DNA of 64,000 nucleotides. Source: Oscillospiraceae bacterium. Its GTDB lineage: Bacteria; Bacillota; Clostridia; Oscillospirales; CAG-272. The position numbers and the translations under genes were made by a program. Under the pieces are notes generated by a model, which was given only the letters and a program-made list of their open reading frames with translations, searched no databases and was not told the origin of the DNA. This document shows positions 10,211 to 19,215 of this stretch, piece after piece. The DNA lies in contig SVTX01000005.1 in assembly GCA_015063545.1 (NCBI GenBank), positions 1,247 to 65,246 of the forward strand, in the 5' to 3' direction. The first letter of the stretch is position 1. Each line of letters starts with the position of its first letter.

Positions 10211-10942
10211 ATGTCAGGACATAGCAAATGGGCCAATATTAAGCACAAGAAGGAAAAGACCGACGCACAGAGAGCGAAGGTGTTCACAAAGATAGGTAAG
10301 GAAATTACTATTGCCGTTAAGGAAGGCGGCGGAGACCCTAACTCCAACGCAAAGCTCCGCGACCTTATTGCAAAGGCAAAGTCCAATAACGTGCCTAACG
10401 ACAACATCGAGAGAACCATAAAGAAGGCTCTCGGCGGCACGGGTGAAAACTACGAGGAGGTAGTTTACGAGGGCTACGGCCCTGCGGGAGTTGCGGTTAT
10501 AGTTGAGGCTACGACCGATAACAGAAACAGAACCGCGGGCAACGTGCGTTCTTATTTCTCCAAGTACCACGGAAATATGGGACAGTCGGGCTGCGTAGGC
10601 TTTATGTTTGAGGAAAAGGGCGTTATCGTTATTGCGGACGAGGACGGAGTTGTAGACGAGGATCAGCTTATGGAGACTGCTCTTGAATTCGGCGCGTCTG
10701 ATTTCTCGGGCGAGGACGGAATCTACGAGATATACACCGAGCCTGATGACGTTTATGCCGTTGCGGAAGCTCTCAAGGATGCCGGATATACCTTTGAATC
10801 CGCAGAAAAGACCAAGCTTCCCACAACGAGCGTTACTCTTGACAACGAGGACGATATCAAGTTTATGAATCTTCTTATCGAAAAGCTCGAGGAAGATGAT
10901 GATGTTATGGAAGTATACCATAACTGGGAAAATTGTGATTGA
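10211..10942 (+). CDS. yebC: YebC/PmpR family DNA-binding transcriptional regulator
   Basis: Diagnostic N-terminus MSGHSKWANIKHKK and full-length family architecture. Confidence 0.9.
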   Translation: MSGHSKWANIKHKKEKTDAQRAKVFTKIGKEITIAVKEGGGDPNSNAKLRDLIAKAKSNNVPNDNIERTIKKALGGTGENYEEVVYEGYGPAGVAVIVEATTDNRNRTAGNVRSYFSKYHGNMGQSGCVGFMFEEKGVIVIADEDGVVDEDQLMETALEFGASDFSGEDGIYEIYTEPDDVYAVAEALKDAGYTFESAEKTKLPTTSVTLDNEDDIKFMNLLIEKLEEDDDVMEVYHNWENCD

Positions 10943-10951
10943 CAGACACTT

Positions 10952-11125
10952 CGAAAAATAGTCCGGATGCTTCGTTGTTCCTCAAATGCGGCTTGACTTA
11001 CGGTATGTAAGCATACGCAAGCTGAGCTTGCTAACGCGAGTTTGCTAAAGCAAACATCGCCTGCGCCTTGCATTTTCCGGTACGCCTTGCCCCGAACAAT
11101 TTTTCTCGGTCCGGATTTGATATAT
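10952..11125 (+). repeat. structured intergenic element (long imperfect palindrome with three internal hairpins), related to 15539-15653
   Basis: Outer arms pair (cgaaaaat / atttttctcg; ttgttc / gaacaa; aaatgc / gcattt). Internal hairpins are cttacGGTATgtaag, gcaagcTGAgcttgc and gtttgcTAAAgcaaac. Shares ordered blocks atgcggcNttg, gacttacg..gtaagc, tgcgccttgc and acaaNaatt with the second copy. Confidence 0.5.
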
Positions 11126-11208
11126 TAAAACATATATTGAATAATAATACTCGTAGGGGAGGGGCTTGCTCCTCCCGTACAACTATAAGTAAAACAAGGA
11201 GGCACAAA

Positions 11209-12630
11209 ATGGCAAAAAATAAATACACGCGGCTGTTTGAAAACACCGCGATATTTACAGTCGGTAAATTTGTATCCAAGCTGATAGTCATTTTTATGCT
11301 TCCTTTTTATACCTCGTGCCTTTCAAGCGCGGAGTATAGCACCGCCGACCTTATCACTAATCTCTGCAACCTCATAATCCCTATTGCGGGACTTGGTGTA
11401 AGCGAGGGAATATTTCGAGGCGCAGCGGAAAAGGGAGAGGACAAGGAAGCGTTTTTTACTAACGGCATGATAATCATGCTTATCGGAAGCGCGGCATTTC
11501 TCGCATTGTCTCCGCTTATAATGCTTTTTGATTATTTTACGCCGTACATTATTTTGATAATTGCGTATGTCCTTGCATCAAATATACATTCAGTTTGTTC
11601 TCAGTACGTATGCGCCATAGGTCGCACAAAGCTTTTTGCGGGACAGGGAATACTTAACACGGTACTTACCGTGGTACTTAATATTCTGTTCCTTGCCGGC
11701 TTTGATATGGGGATTGAAGGATATGTATTGTCCATTATTCTTGCTGACGGACTGACTACTGTGTTCTTGTTTTTTGTGGCAAGGCTGTACTCGGCATTTA
11801 TCCCCAAGAAGATAAGCGGCTTTTTGATGAAGGACATGATAAAGTTCTGTTTGCCGCTTGTGCCTTCCACGGTTTTTTGGTGGATCACCAGCGTGTCGGA
11901 CAGATATATCGTTGCCGCTTTGCGTTCAGATGCGGAAAACGGACTGTATGCCGCGGCATATAAGATCCCTACGCTTTTGACTTATGTAGTGACGATATTT
12001 AACGATGCATGGAAGCTTTCCGCAGTTTCCGAGGGTGAAGATCTTAGCGAAAAAACCAAGTTCTATTCCAAAGTTTTCAAATACTATATTGCCATAATGT
12101 TTATGGGAGGCGGATTGCTGGCTGTCAGTGCAAGACTTTCTTCGAAAGTGCTTTTTGCATCTTCATACGAAGCGGCATGGGTATTTATCCCCGTGCTAAG
12201 TGCGGCTACTATTTTCACGGCTCTTGATACGTTTATGGGAAGCGCGTATTTTACCGTCAAAAAAACGGGAATGTCTTTTTGGACATCCCTTATTGGCGCA
12301 GTTATGAATATTGTGCTCAATATTCTTATGATCCCGAAATGGGGCGCGATGGGAGCATCTGTTGCAACTTTGGTAAGCTATTTCGCCGTATTCGTGATAC
12401 GCGCGGCAACAATGAAAAAGTTTATTCCGTTCAAGCTCTATCCCGTAAAGATTATCGTGAATACAGCAATAATAACCGCTATTGCTATAGTAATGAGTGT
12501 GTGGGGATATATGTGGCAAGGGCTGGCGGTATCAATTGCGATACTGTTGTTCAGTTTGCTCTATAACGGAATGGACATAATTTTGGGATGCCGCGATGCG
12601 ATAATTTCAATAAAAAGAAAAAAAGAATAA
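11209..12630 (+). CDS. oligosaccharide/polysaccharide flippase family protein (MOP superfamily, Wzx/SpoVB-like)
   Basis: About 12-14 hydrophobic helices and an N-terminus (NTAIFTVGKFVSKLIVIFMLPFYT) typical of the Polysacc_synt family. Start moved to ATG 11209 behind AAGGAGG; the longer ORF from 11068 would read through the repeat element. Confidence 0.7.
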   Translation: MAKNKYTRLFENTAIFTVGKFVSKLIVIFMLPFYTSCLSSAEYSTADLITNLCNLIIPIAGLGVSEGIFRGAAEKGEDKEAFFTNGMIIMLIGSAAFLALSPLIMLFDYFTPYIILIIAYVLASNIHSVCSQYVCAIGRTKLFAGQGILNTVLTVVLNILFLAGFDMGIEGYVLSIILADGLTTVFLFFVARLYSAFIPKKISGFLMKDMIKFCLPLVPSTVFWWITSVSDRYIVAALRSDAENGLYAAAYKIPTLLTYVVTIFNDAWKLSAVSEGEDLSEKTKFYSKVFKYYIAIMFMGGGLLAVSARLSSKVLFASSYEAAWVFIPVLSAATIFTALDTFMGSAYFTVKKTGMSFWTSLIGAVMNIVLNILMIPKWGAMGASVATLVSYFAVFVIRAATMKKFIPFKLYPVKIIVNTAIITAIAIVMSVWGYMWQGLAVSIAILLFSLLYNGMDIILGCRDAIISIKRKKE

Positions 12631-12668
12631 ATATTTACATTTTATTCACAAATGTTTTTTCACAAATC

Positions 12669-12697
12669 TTGACAAAAAATATGGCTTATGTTATAAT
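12669..12697 (+). promoter_or_regulatory. sigma-A type promoter upstream of rplS
   Basis: TTGACA (12669-12674), 17 nt, TATAAT (12692-12697). Confidence 0.6.
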
Positions 12698-12778
12698 AGT
12701 CAAGTGCGTGAAAACGCGTAGAATAGGGTGGTCCGCTGCAATGCTCGCATGAACATCCGTAATATTAAGGAGGGCTTT
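12698..12778 (+). promoter_or_regulatory. rplS 5' leader (candidate L19-type ribosomal protein leader)
   Basis: About 80-nt untranslated leader between a consensus promoter and the rplS RBS. L19 leaders are known in low-GC Gram-positives. I did not verify the fold. Confidence 0.3.
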
Positions 12779-13132
12779 ATGGATCTTATTAAGGCTTTTA
12801 CAAACGAGCAGCTCAAAAAGGAAGTACCCCAGTTTAACATTGGTGACACAGTACGTGTACACAACAAGATCGTTGAGGGTACAAGAGAAAGAATTCAGAT
12901 GTACGAGGGTACCGTTATCGCAAAGCACGAGGGCGGCATTTCTTCAACCTTCACAGTAAGACGCATTACCTACGGTTGCGGCGTCGAAAAGACTTTCCCC
13001 CTTCATTCTCCTAACGTAGTTAAGGTGGATGTTATCCGTAAGGGTAAGGTCAGACGTGCTAAACTCTACTACCTCCGTGGCAGAGTTGGTAAGGCTTCCA
13101 AGGTTAAGGAAGATATTTCTGCAAAGAACTGA
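12779..13132 (+). CDS. rplS: 50S ribosomal protein L19
   Basis: [28 protein letters not shown]..., [11 protein letters not shown] and [28 protein letters not shown]. Confidence 0.95.
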   Translation: MDLIKAFTNEQLKKEVPQFNIGDTVRVHNKIVEGTRERIQMYEGTVIAKHEGGISSTFTVRRITYGCGVEKTFPLHSPNVVKVDVIRKGKVRRAKLYYLRGRVGKASKVKEDISAKN

Positions 13133-13146
13133 TTTCTTATGTAAGA

Positions 13147-13180
13147 AAAGACCGAGACTGTATCAGTCTCGGTTTTTCTT
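13147..13180. terminator. bidirectional rho-independent terminator (rplS / convergent minus-strand gene)
   Basis: aaaag-ACCGAGACT-gtatc-AGTCTCGGT-ttttt. Confidence 0.7.
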
Positions 13181-14203
13181 TTGTGTTGAATAGCTTATAA
13201 TCAGATGTTTTATCAGCCAATTTCTTGCGTATGCAACGGCTCCTATCATTTGTGCAGTTGAGCTTGAATCCAAGGAGGTTATTTTTGCATCGGTATGATA
13301 GATGCCACCAAGAAAGCTTTGTATCTCTTGTTTGAACAAGCTGCCAAGCCCCAAAGAATCCGACTGTATGACAATGGTTTTGGGAGCAAATGTGCTGTCC
13401 AGAACATTGACAAGCTTTGCGGTAGCGGAAAAAATATTTGGATTTTGTGCAGACGTGCCAAGATATTTTTCCATGGGCGTGTTGTCAACTATAGTATTCC
13501 ATGGACGGCAGACTGTGAGATTTTTAGCTTTTGAAAGGTAATACATTGAAAGAGTTCTGCCAATAAGGATATAAGATGAATCAGTGCCGTGAAAGGACAA
13601 CAGATACTGCTTTACCGCCTTGTCGGGAGTTATTACCATTTCGGGTGGATATCCGAGAATGTCGGATACTGTTTGTTTGATATATGCCGAATCAAAGGAT
13701 TTGAGTGGCATTGATGAGGATATGTTTTTTCTGCAAGGGTTGAACTCACTTTCAGATATTACGACGCAAGCGGAATATGATGCATTCATCTGGCACAGAT
13801 GTCTTATTCCGTCATTGAGAAATATAGTGAAATTTTCTTCAAATCTCAATGAGTCCGAGTACGTATGCGAGTAATTGAACAGGATCTTGTAATTAGACGC
13901 GGCCAGGGATATTGTGAAAAGACGGGAAGATATATCGATTATTATAAAGTTTAGTTTGTCGGAGTACTTCATGTGTGCGCTGATTCTGCCGCCATCGGAG
14001 GGCTTTCGAATGTCCTTGATCGCAAGGTCGGAGGCATAAATAGCCTGAAAGACTTTTCCTACGGTCACCTCGGAATACCCCGAAGCAAGAGCTACGGCTT
14101 TGCGAGTGGGATAGGAGATTTCGCTTATGAGCGCAAGTATGTCATTCAGAGTGTTTTCGTTTATCTTCACCTTGCAGCGTCTGTGAGATTGCTTAGTTAA
14201 CAT
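13163..14203 (-). CDS. hypothetical protein, possible wHTH plus sugar-kinase/ROK-like fold regulator
   Basis: 346-aa ORF with its own consensus promoter (minus strand; TTGACA complement at 14265-14270, TATAAT complement at 14242-14247). The N-terminus (LNDILALISEISYPTRKAVALASGYSEVTVGKV) looks like a wHTH. The rest is only vaguely ROK-like. Confidence 0.4.
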   Translation of the reverse strand: MLTKQSHRRCKVKINENTLNDILALISEISYPTRKAVALASGYSEVTVGKVFQAIYASDLAIKDIRKPSDGGRISAHMKYSDKLNFIIIDISSRLFTISLAASNYKILFNYSHTYSDSLRFEENFTIFLNDGIRHLCQMNASYSACVVISESEFNPCRKNISSSMPLKSFDSAYIKQTVSDILGYPPEMVITPDKAVKQYLLSFHGTDSSYILIGRTLSMYYLSKAKNLTVCRPWNTIVDNTPMEKYLGTSAQNPNIFSATAKLVNVLDSTFAPKTIVIQSDSLGLGSLFKQEIQSFLGGIYHTDAKITSLDSSSTAQMIGAVAYARNWLIKHLIISYSTQKKNRD

Positions 14204-14319
14204 AGCGGTATCCTTTGCTTGATATTTACCTTTATTATAGTATTATAGAGGAATTTTTCGTTTGTGTCAATGCAAACCGCAAAAAAGTCAAAAAACTTCA
14301 AAATATATTTAAAAAAGTA

Positions 14320-14348
14320 TTGACAAATAAACTTTTTAGTGTTATAAT
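14320..14348 (+). promoter_or_regulatory. sigma-A type promoter upstream of rplU operon
   Basis: TTGACA (14320-14325), 17 nt, TATAAT (14343-14348). Confidence 0.6.
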
Positions 14349-14454
14349 AATGTGCCGCGTAAAAATGGCTTTTTAAGTGCGTAAATTTTTGGCTGAAACC
14401 TGAGATTTTGCCGCCATTGTTTAGCGAGACTTATATGAAAGAGAGGTGCTTTTC
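14349..14454 (+). promoter_or_regulatory. rplU 5' leader (candidate L21-type ribosomal protein leader)
   Basis: About 100-nt leader before rplU. L21 leaders are known in Firmicutes. Structure not verified. Confidence 0.3.
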
Positions 14455-14766
14455 GTGTTTGCAATAATCGAAACCGGCGGAAAGCAGTACAAAGTAACAG
14501 AGCAGGATATTATCTTTGTTGAGAAGCTTGACTGCAATGAAGGTGAGGAGATCACATTTGACAAGGTTGTAGCTTTGTCCACAGACGCAGGCTTTAAGGC
14601 AGGTACTCCTACAGTTGAAGGTGCTGTTGTTAAGGGCGTAGTTCAGAAGAACGGCAAGGGTAAGAAGATTTATGTTATGAAGTATAAGGCTAAGAAGAAC
14701 GAGAAGAAGAAGATCGGTCACAGACAGCCTTACACAAAGGTTCAGATCACAGCTATCGTTGGCTAA
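14455..14766 (+). CDS. rplU: 50S ribosomal protein L21
   Basis: (V)[14 protein letters not shown]-terminus. GTG 14455 is better spaced from AGAGAGG than GTG 14446. Confidence 0.9.
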   Translation: MFAIIETGGKQYKVTEQDIIFVEKLDCNEGEEITFDKVVALSTDAGFKAGTPTVEGAVVKGVVQKNGKGKKIYVMKYKAKKNEKKKIGHRQPYTKVQITAIVG

Positions 14767-14775
14767 TTCTGAATT

Positions 14776-15141
14776 ATGACAAAGCTTGTATTTTACCGAA
14801 GCGGTGGTAATTTCTACGGTTTTGAAGAGCAGGGACATACGGGATACGGCGAAGAGGGCGATGACGTGCTTTGTGCGGCGCTTTCCGCGATGACCATGCT
14901 TATCATCAACACAGTAGAGGTGGCATATGCTTCCCGTGTTGACTTTGAAATTGATGAAAAAACCACAAACATACGAGTTAAGTCGCGCGCGGCTCTCCCC
15001 GAATTTGAGGAGGATGAGCTGAAAAGATACGCGGTATCGGGGCTCTTCCTTGCATACTACAAGCAGATTGAAGATATGATGGAAGAATATTACGATTACC
15101 TTGACGTATCCGTAGTTGACAAGCCGTATGACGAAGATTAA
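14776..15141 (+). CDS. prp: ribosomal-processing cysteine protease Prp
   Basis: Lies between rplU and rpmA. GHTGYGEEGDDVLCAALSAMT contains the His/Cys dyad typical of Prp (YsxB). Confidence 0.85.
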   Translation: MTKLVFYRSGGNFYGFEEQGHTGYGEEGDDVLCAALSAMTMLIINTVEVAYASRVDFEIDEKTTNIRVKSRAALPEFEEDELKRYAVSGLFLAYYKQIEDMMEEYYDYLDVSVVDKPYDED

Positions 15142-15200
15142 CGAAACAGAACACATGACTGGGCACAAGTTGTCCAAGAAATTATTAGGAGGAAAAGATA

Positions 15201-15479
15201 ATGGTAAAGCTTAGTTTACAGTTTTTTGCTCATAAGAAGGGTGTTGGTTCTACAAAGAACGGCCGTGATAGTGAATCCAAGCGCCTTGGCGTAAAGAGAG
15301 CTGACGGTCAGGCAGTTCTCGCCGGCAACATTCTCGTAAGACAGAGAGGAACAGCTATCCATCCCGGTAACAATGTTGGTATCGGAACTGATGATACACT
15401 CTTTGCTCTTATCGACGGCAGAGTTAAGTTTGAGCATAAGGCAGGAGGAAAGAAGCAGGTAAGCGTATACGCTGACTGA
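15201..15479 (+). CDS. rpmA: 50S ribosomal protein L27 (with Prp-cleaved N-terminal extension)
   Basis: [24 protein letters not shown]: Firmicutes-type propeptide followed by the conserved mature N-terminus. Confidence 0.95.
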   Translation: MVKLSLQFFAHKKGVGSTKNGRDSESKRLGVKRADGQAVLAGNILVRQRGTAIHPGNNVGIGTDDTLFALIDGRVKFEHKAGGKKQVSVYAD

Positions 15480-15490
15480 TTTTTTCACTC

Positions 15491-15533
15491 ATATAGATAA
15501 GGGGTGCGAAAAAACGCACCCCTTATCTATATG
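15491..15533 (+). terminator. hairpin terminator after rpmA
   Basis: ATAGATAAGGGGTGCG-aaaaaa-CGCACCCCTTATCTAT is a perfect 16-bp stem. The U-tract is weak. Confidence 0.6.
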
Positions 15534-15538
15534 TTTGC

Positions 15539-15653
15539 GACCTTTGAATTTTGCCGTATGCGGCGTTGCTCCTCGCTGGCAGCTCGACTTACGTAAGTAA
15601 GCCTTCGCTTTGCCAGCTGTGGTGCGCCTTGCCTACAACAAAATTGAAAGGTC
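15539..15653 (+). repeat. 115-nt imperfect palindromic intergenic element, related to 10952-11125
   Basis: gacctttGaattttg...gctggcagc...cttacgtaag (centre)...gccagctg...caaaattGaaaggtc. Terminal 15-bp arms pair with one mismatch. Confidence 0.55.
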
Positions 15654-15717
15654 TTGATTTTTTAGGATTCAAGTGTTATAATTGTTTTGTAATTCAATTT
15701 GAATTTAAGAGGTTGAC

Positions 15718-16395
15718 GTGAATATTTTATTTGAAGATAAATATCTGTTGCTCTGCGAAAAGGCAGTCGGTGAAAACTCGCAGTTTTCAACTGACGGGGT
15801 GAGCAAAAATCTGCCAGAAAAGCTTATAGAATATCGCAAAAGCAAGGGCGAGGACGGCTACATAGGGCTTGTTCACAGACTTGACGTGGTGACGGGCGGA
15901 GTTATGCTGTATTCAAAAGACAAAAGCCTTACCGGCAAGCTCTCCGAGCTTGTTGCAGACAAGGAATATAAAAAGACCTATCTTGCCGTTGTTTCGGGAC
16001 GCTCTGAGTGTGAGTGTGGCGAAATGAAAGACTTGCTTTTCCATGACAAACAGAAAAACAAAACTTACGTAGTTTCAAAGGATCGACGCGGCGTAAAACC
16101 CGCCGCGCTGGAGTATAAGACGCTGCAAACGGTAATTCTCCCTTCGGGAGAGATGGCAAGCCTTGTTGAAATTCAGCTTTTAACGGGACGCACGCATCAG
16201 ATACGCGCACAGTTTGGTGGCCGCAAAATGCCGCTTTTAGGTGACGGGAAGTACGGAAGCAGGGAAAAGGACTGTACTTGCGCCTTATGGTCGTACAAGG
16301 CGAATTTCAAACACCCGCGGACAAACCAAAGCGTTTCTGTTACAAGCATTCCGCCAAGCGTTTTTCCTTGGAATTTGTTTGATGCACTTAAATAA
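15718..16395 (+). CDS. RluA-family pseudouridine synthase (no S4 domain)
   Basis: HRLDVVTGGVMLY (catalytic Asp motif) and GRTHQIRAQF. GTG start. Confidence 0.8.
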   Translation: MNILFEDKYLLLCEKAVGENSQFSTDGVSKNLPEKLIEYRKSKGEDGYIGLVHRLDVVTGGVMLYSKDKSLTGKLSELVADKEYKKTYLAVVSGRSECECGEMKDLLFHDKQKNKTYVVSKDRRGVKPAALEYKTLQTVILPSGEMASLVEIQLLTGRTHQIRAQFGGRKMPLLGDGKYGSREKDCTCALWSYKANFKHPRTNQSVSVTSIPPSVFPWNLFDALK

Positions 16396-16397
16396 TC

Positions 16398-17141
16398 CTA
16401 CGAATTTTTCAAAAACTCAATAACCGAGTCGCACAGATGCGAGCAGAGGGTGTCCTTGTATTCGTCACTCTCAAAAAGCTTTGCCTCCGCGACGTTTGAT
16501 AAAAATCCGCATTCCACAAGCACCGCGGGGCAATATGATTGTTCCAACAGGTATATGCTTGAGCCTGCGGATTTTGTTTTTCGGTTATTTTCGGCCTGGA
16601 GTCTTTCTTGGATGTTTTTCTGTATCTTGTTCGCAAGGATTTGGGACTCCGGATTGTTGTCGGAATACCACACCTGAAGTCCCGAATAGCGCGCGTCGGA
16701 GAACGCGTTCATATGCAAGCTGATAAAAATACAGCCCGGAGTGTTTTGAATGATATTCAATCTCGCCGCCATGTCAAGCTTTTTCTTTCTGCCTTGAAAA
16801 TCAGTATTTCTGTCATAAAGAAGTTTGTCTGAATCTCGCGTGAGTATGACATTTACCCCTTGTGCTTCAAGTTTTTCCTTGAGAATAAAGGCTAACGAGA
16901 GGTTTATATCCTTCTCGACAAGCCCCGATTTTGATGATGTTCCTCCGTCCTCACCGCCGTGACCGGCGTCAATTATGACAGTGGAGTATTTGAACTTTAT
17001 TTCTGCGGAGCTTGTGACTTCCTTTTTCTCAAATGCGCCGAAGCCAATAGCGGAGACTGTGAGCAAGATGCTTGACAAAAGTATGATTAAAAGATATGTA
17101 AGTACAGTTTTTTTCATGAGATATCTCTTTTCTTTTTTCAC
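16398..17141 (-). CDS. N-acetylmuramoyl-L-alanine amidase, CwlD-like (Amidase_3)
   Basis: N-terminal TM helix, IDAGHGGEDGG, SLHMNAF and ECGFLSN. Size and architecture resemble the germination-specific amidase CwlD. Confidence 0.75.
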   Translation of the reverse strand: MKKEKRYLMKKTVLTYLLIILLSSILLTVSAIGFGAFEKKEVTSSAEIKFKYSTVIIDAGHGGEDGGTSSKSGLVEKDINLSLAFILKEKLEAQGVNVILTRDSDKLLYDRNTDFQGRKKKLDMAARLNIIQNTPGCIFISLHMNAFSDARYSGLQVWYSDNNPESQILANKIQKNIQERLQAENNRKTKSAGSSIYLLEQSYCPAVLVECGFLSNVAEAKLFESDEYKDTLCSHLCDSVIEFLKNS

Positions 17142-17222
17142 AATTTTATGATAAAATCAAAAATTTTATGCATAATCAATAAAATATGGAAAAAATATCC
17201 GCCGATTATCTCAAAAAAATCA

Positions 17223-17251
17223 TTGACAATAAAATTTATTTTTGTTATAAT
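17223..17251 (+). promoter_or_regulatory. sigma-A type promoter upstream of guaB
   Basis: TTGACA (17223-17228), 17 nt, TATAAT (17246-17251). Confidence 0.6.
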
Positions 17252-17290
17252 TATAGAAATACAAAATTTCACGGTATGATCCGAAAGTGA

Positions 17291-18766
<1,476 letters not shown>

Positions 18767-18842
18767 AAAAAGCTACTATACCGCAAGCAATTATTTAATG
18801 GACAAAGTTCATCTTAATTGTTTGCAATCAAAAGACATAAAT

Positions 18843-18893
18843 AAAACCGCCGAGGGTACATCGAGTACCCTCGGCGGTTGCTTGCTTTTTTTG
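18843..18893 (+). terminator. rho-independent terminator of guaB (copy 1)
   Basis: CCGCCGAGGGTAC-atcga-GTACCCTCGGCGG followed by ttgcttgcttttttt. Confidence 0.8.
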
Positions 18894-19048
18894 TTCTCAC
18901 ACTCTGGCGTACCTCTGTACGCCGACGAAAGTGAGAACGAAAAATATATCTACCTTTTTTGTCGCCGGCTAAAAAAAGCTACTATACCGCAAGCAATTAT
19001 TTAATGGACAAAGTTCATCTTAATTGTTTGCAATTAAAAGACATAAAT

Positions 19049-19099
19049 AAAACCGCTGAGGGCACATCGAGTACCCTCGGCGGTTGCTTGCTTTTTTTG
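19049..19099 (+). terminator. duplicated terminator (copy 2, slightly weakened stem)
   Basis: CCGCTGAGGGCAC-atcga-GTACCCTCGGCGG plus T-run. Relative to copy 1 there is one G-U wobble and one C-A mismatch. Confidence 0.6.
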
Positions 19100-19215
19100 T
19101 TCAACTTAGATGTTACAACTATCGGTTGTAAGCTACTATCCAAATAATATCTTGATTTTTGTATATTATTATGATACAATGAATTTAACAGCTATTTGAC
19201 GAAAGGTATGTAAAA

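Noticed and set aside
11068-11208. Upstream extension of the flippase ORF (start at 11068).
   Set aside because: The extension would translate the palindromic repeat element and a GC hairpin into an Arg/Ser-rich peptide. ATG 11209 has a strong AAGGAGG RBS and begins the conserved family N-terminus.
13163-14203. Confident ROK-family repressor assignment.
   Set aside because: I could not find the ROK signature Cys/His zinc motif or clear ATP-binding glycine loops by eye. It is kept only as a low-confidence description.
18798-19147. ORFs 18798-19004 and 18959-19147 sharing MDKVHLNCLQ.KDINKTAEGTSSTLGGCLLFLF.
   Set aside because: Their similarity simply reflects the duplicated terminator module. 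They read through terminator hairpins and lack an RBS.
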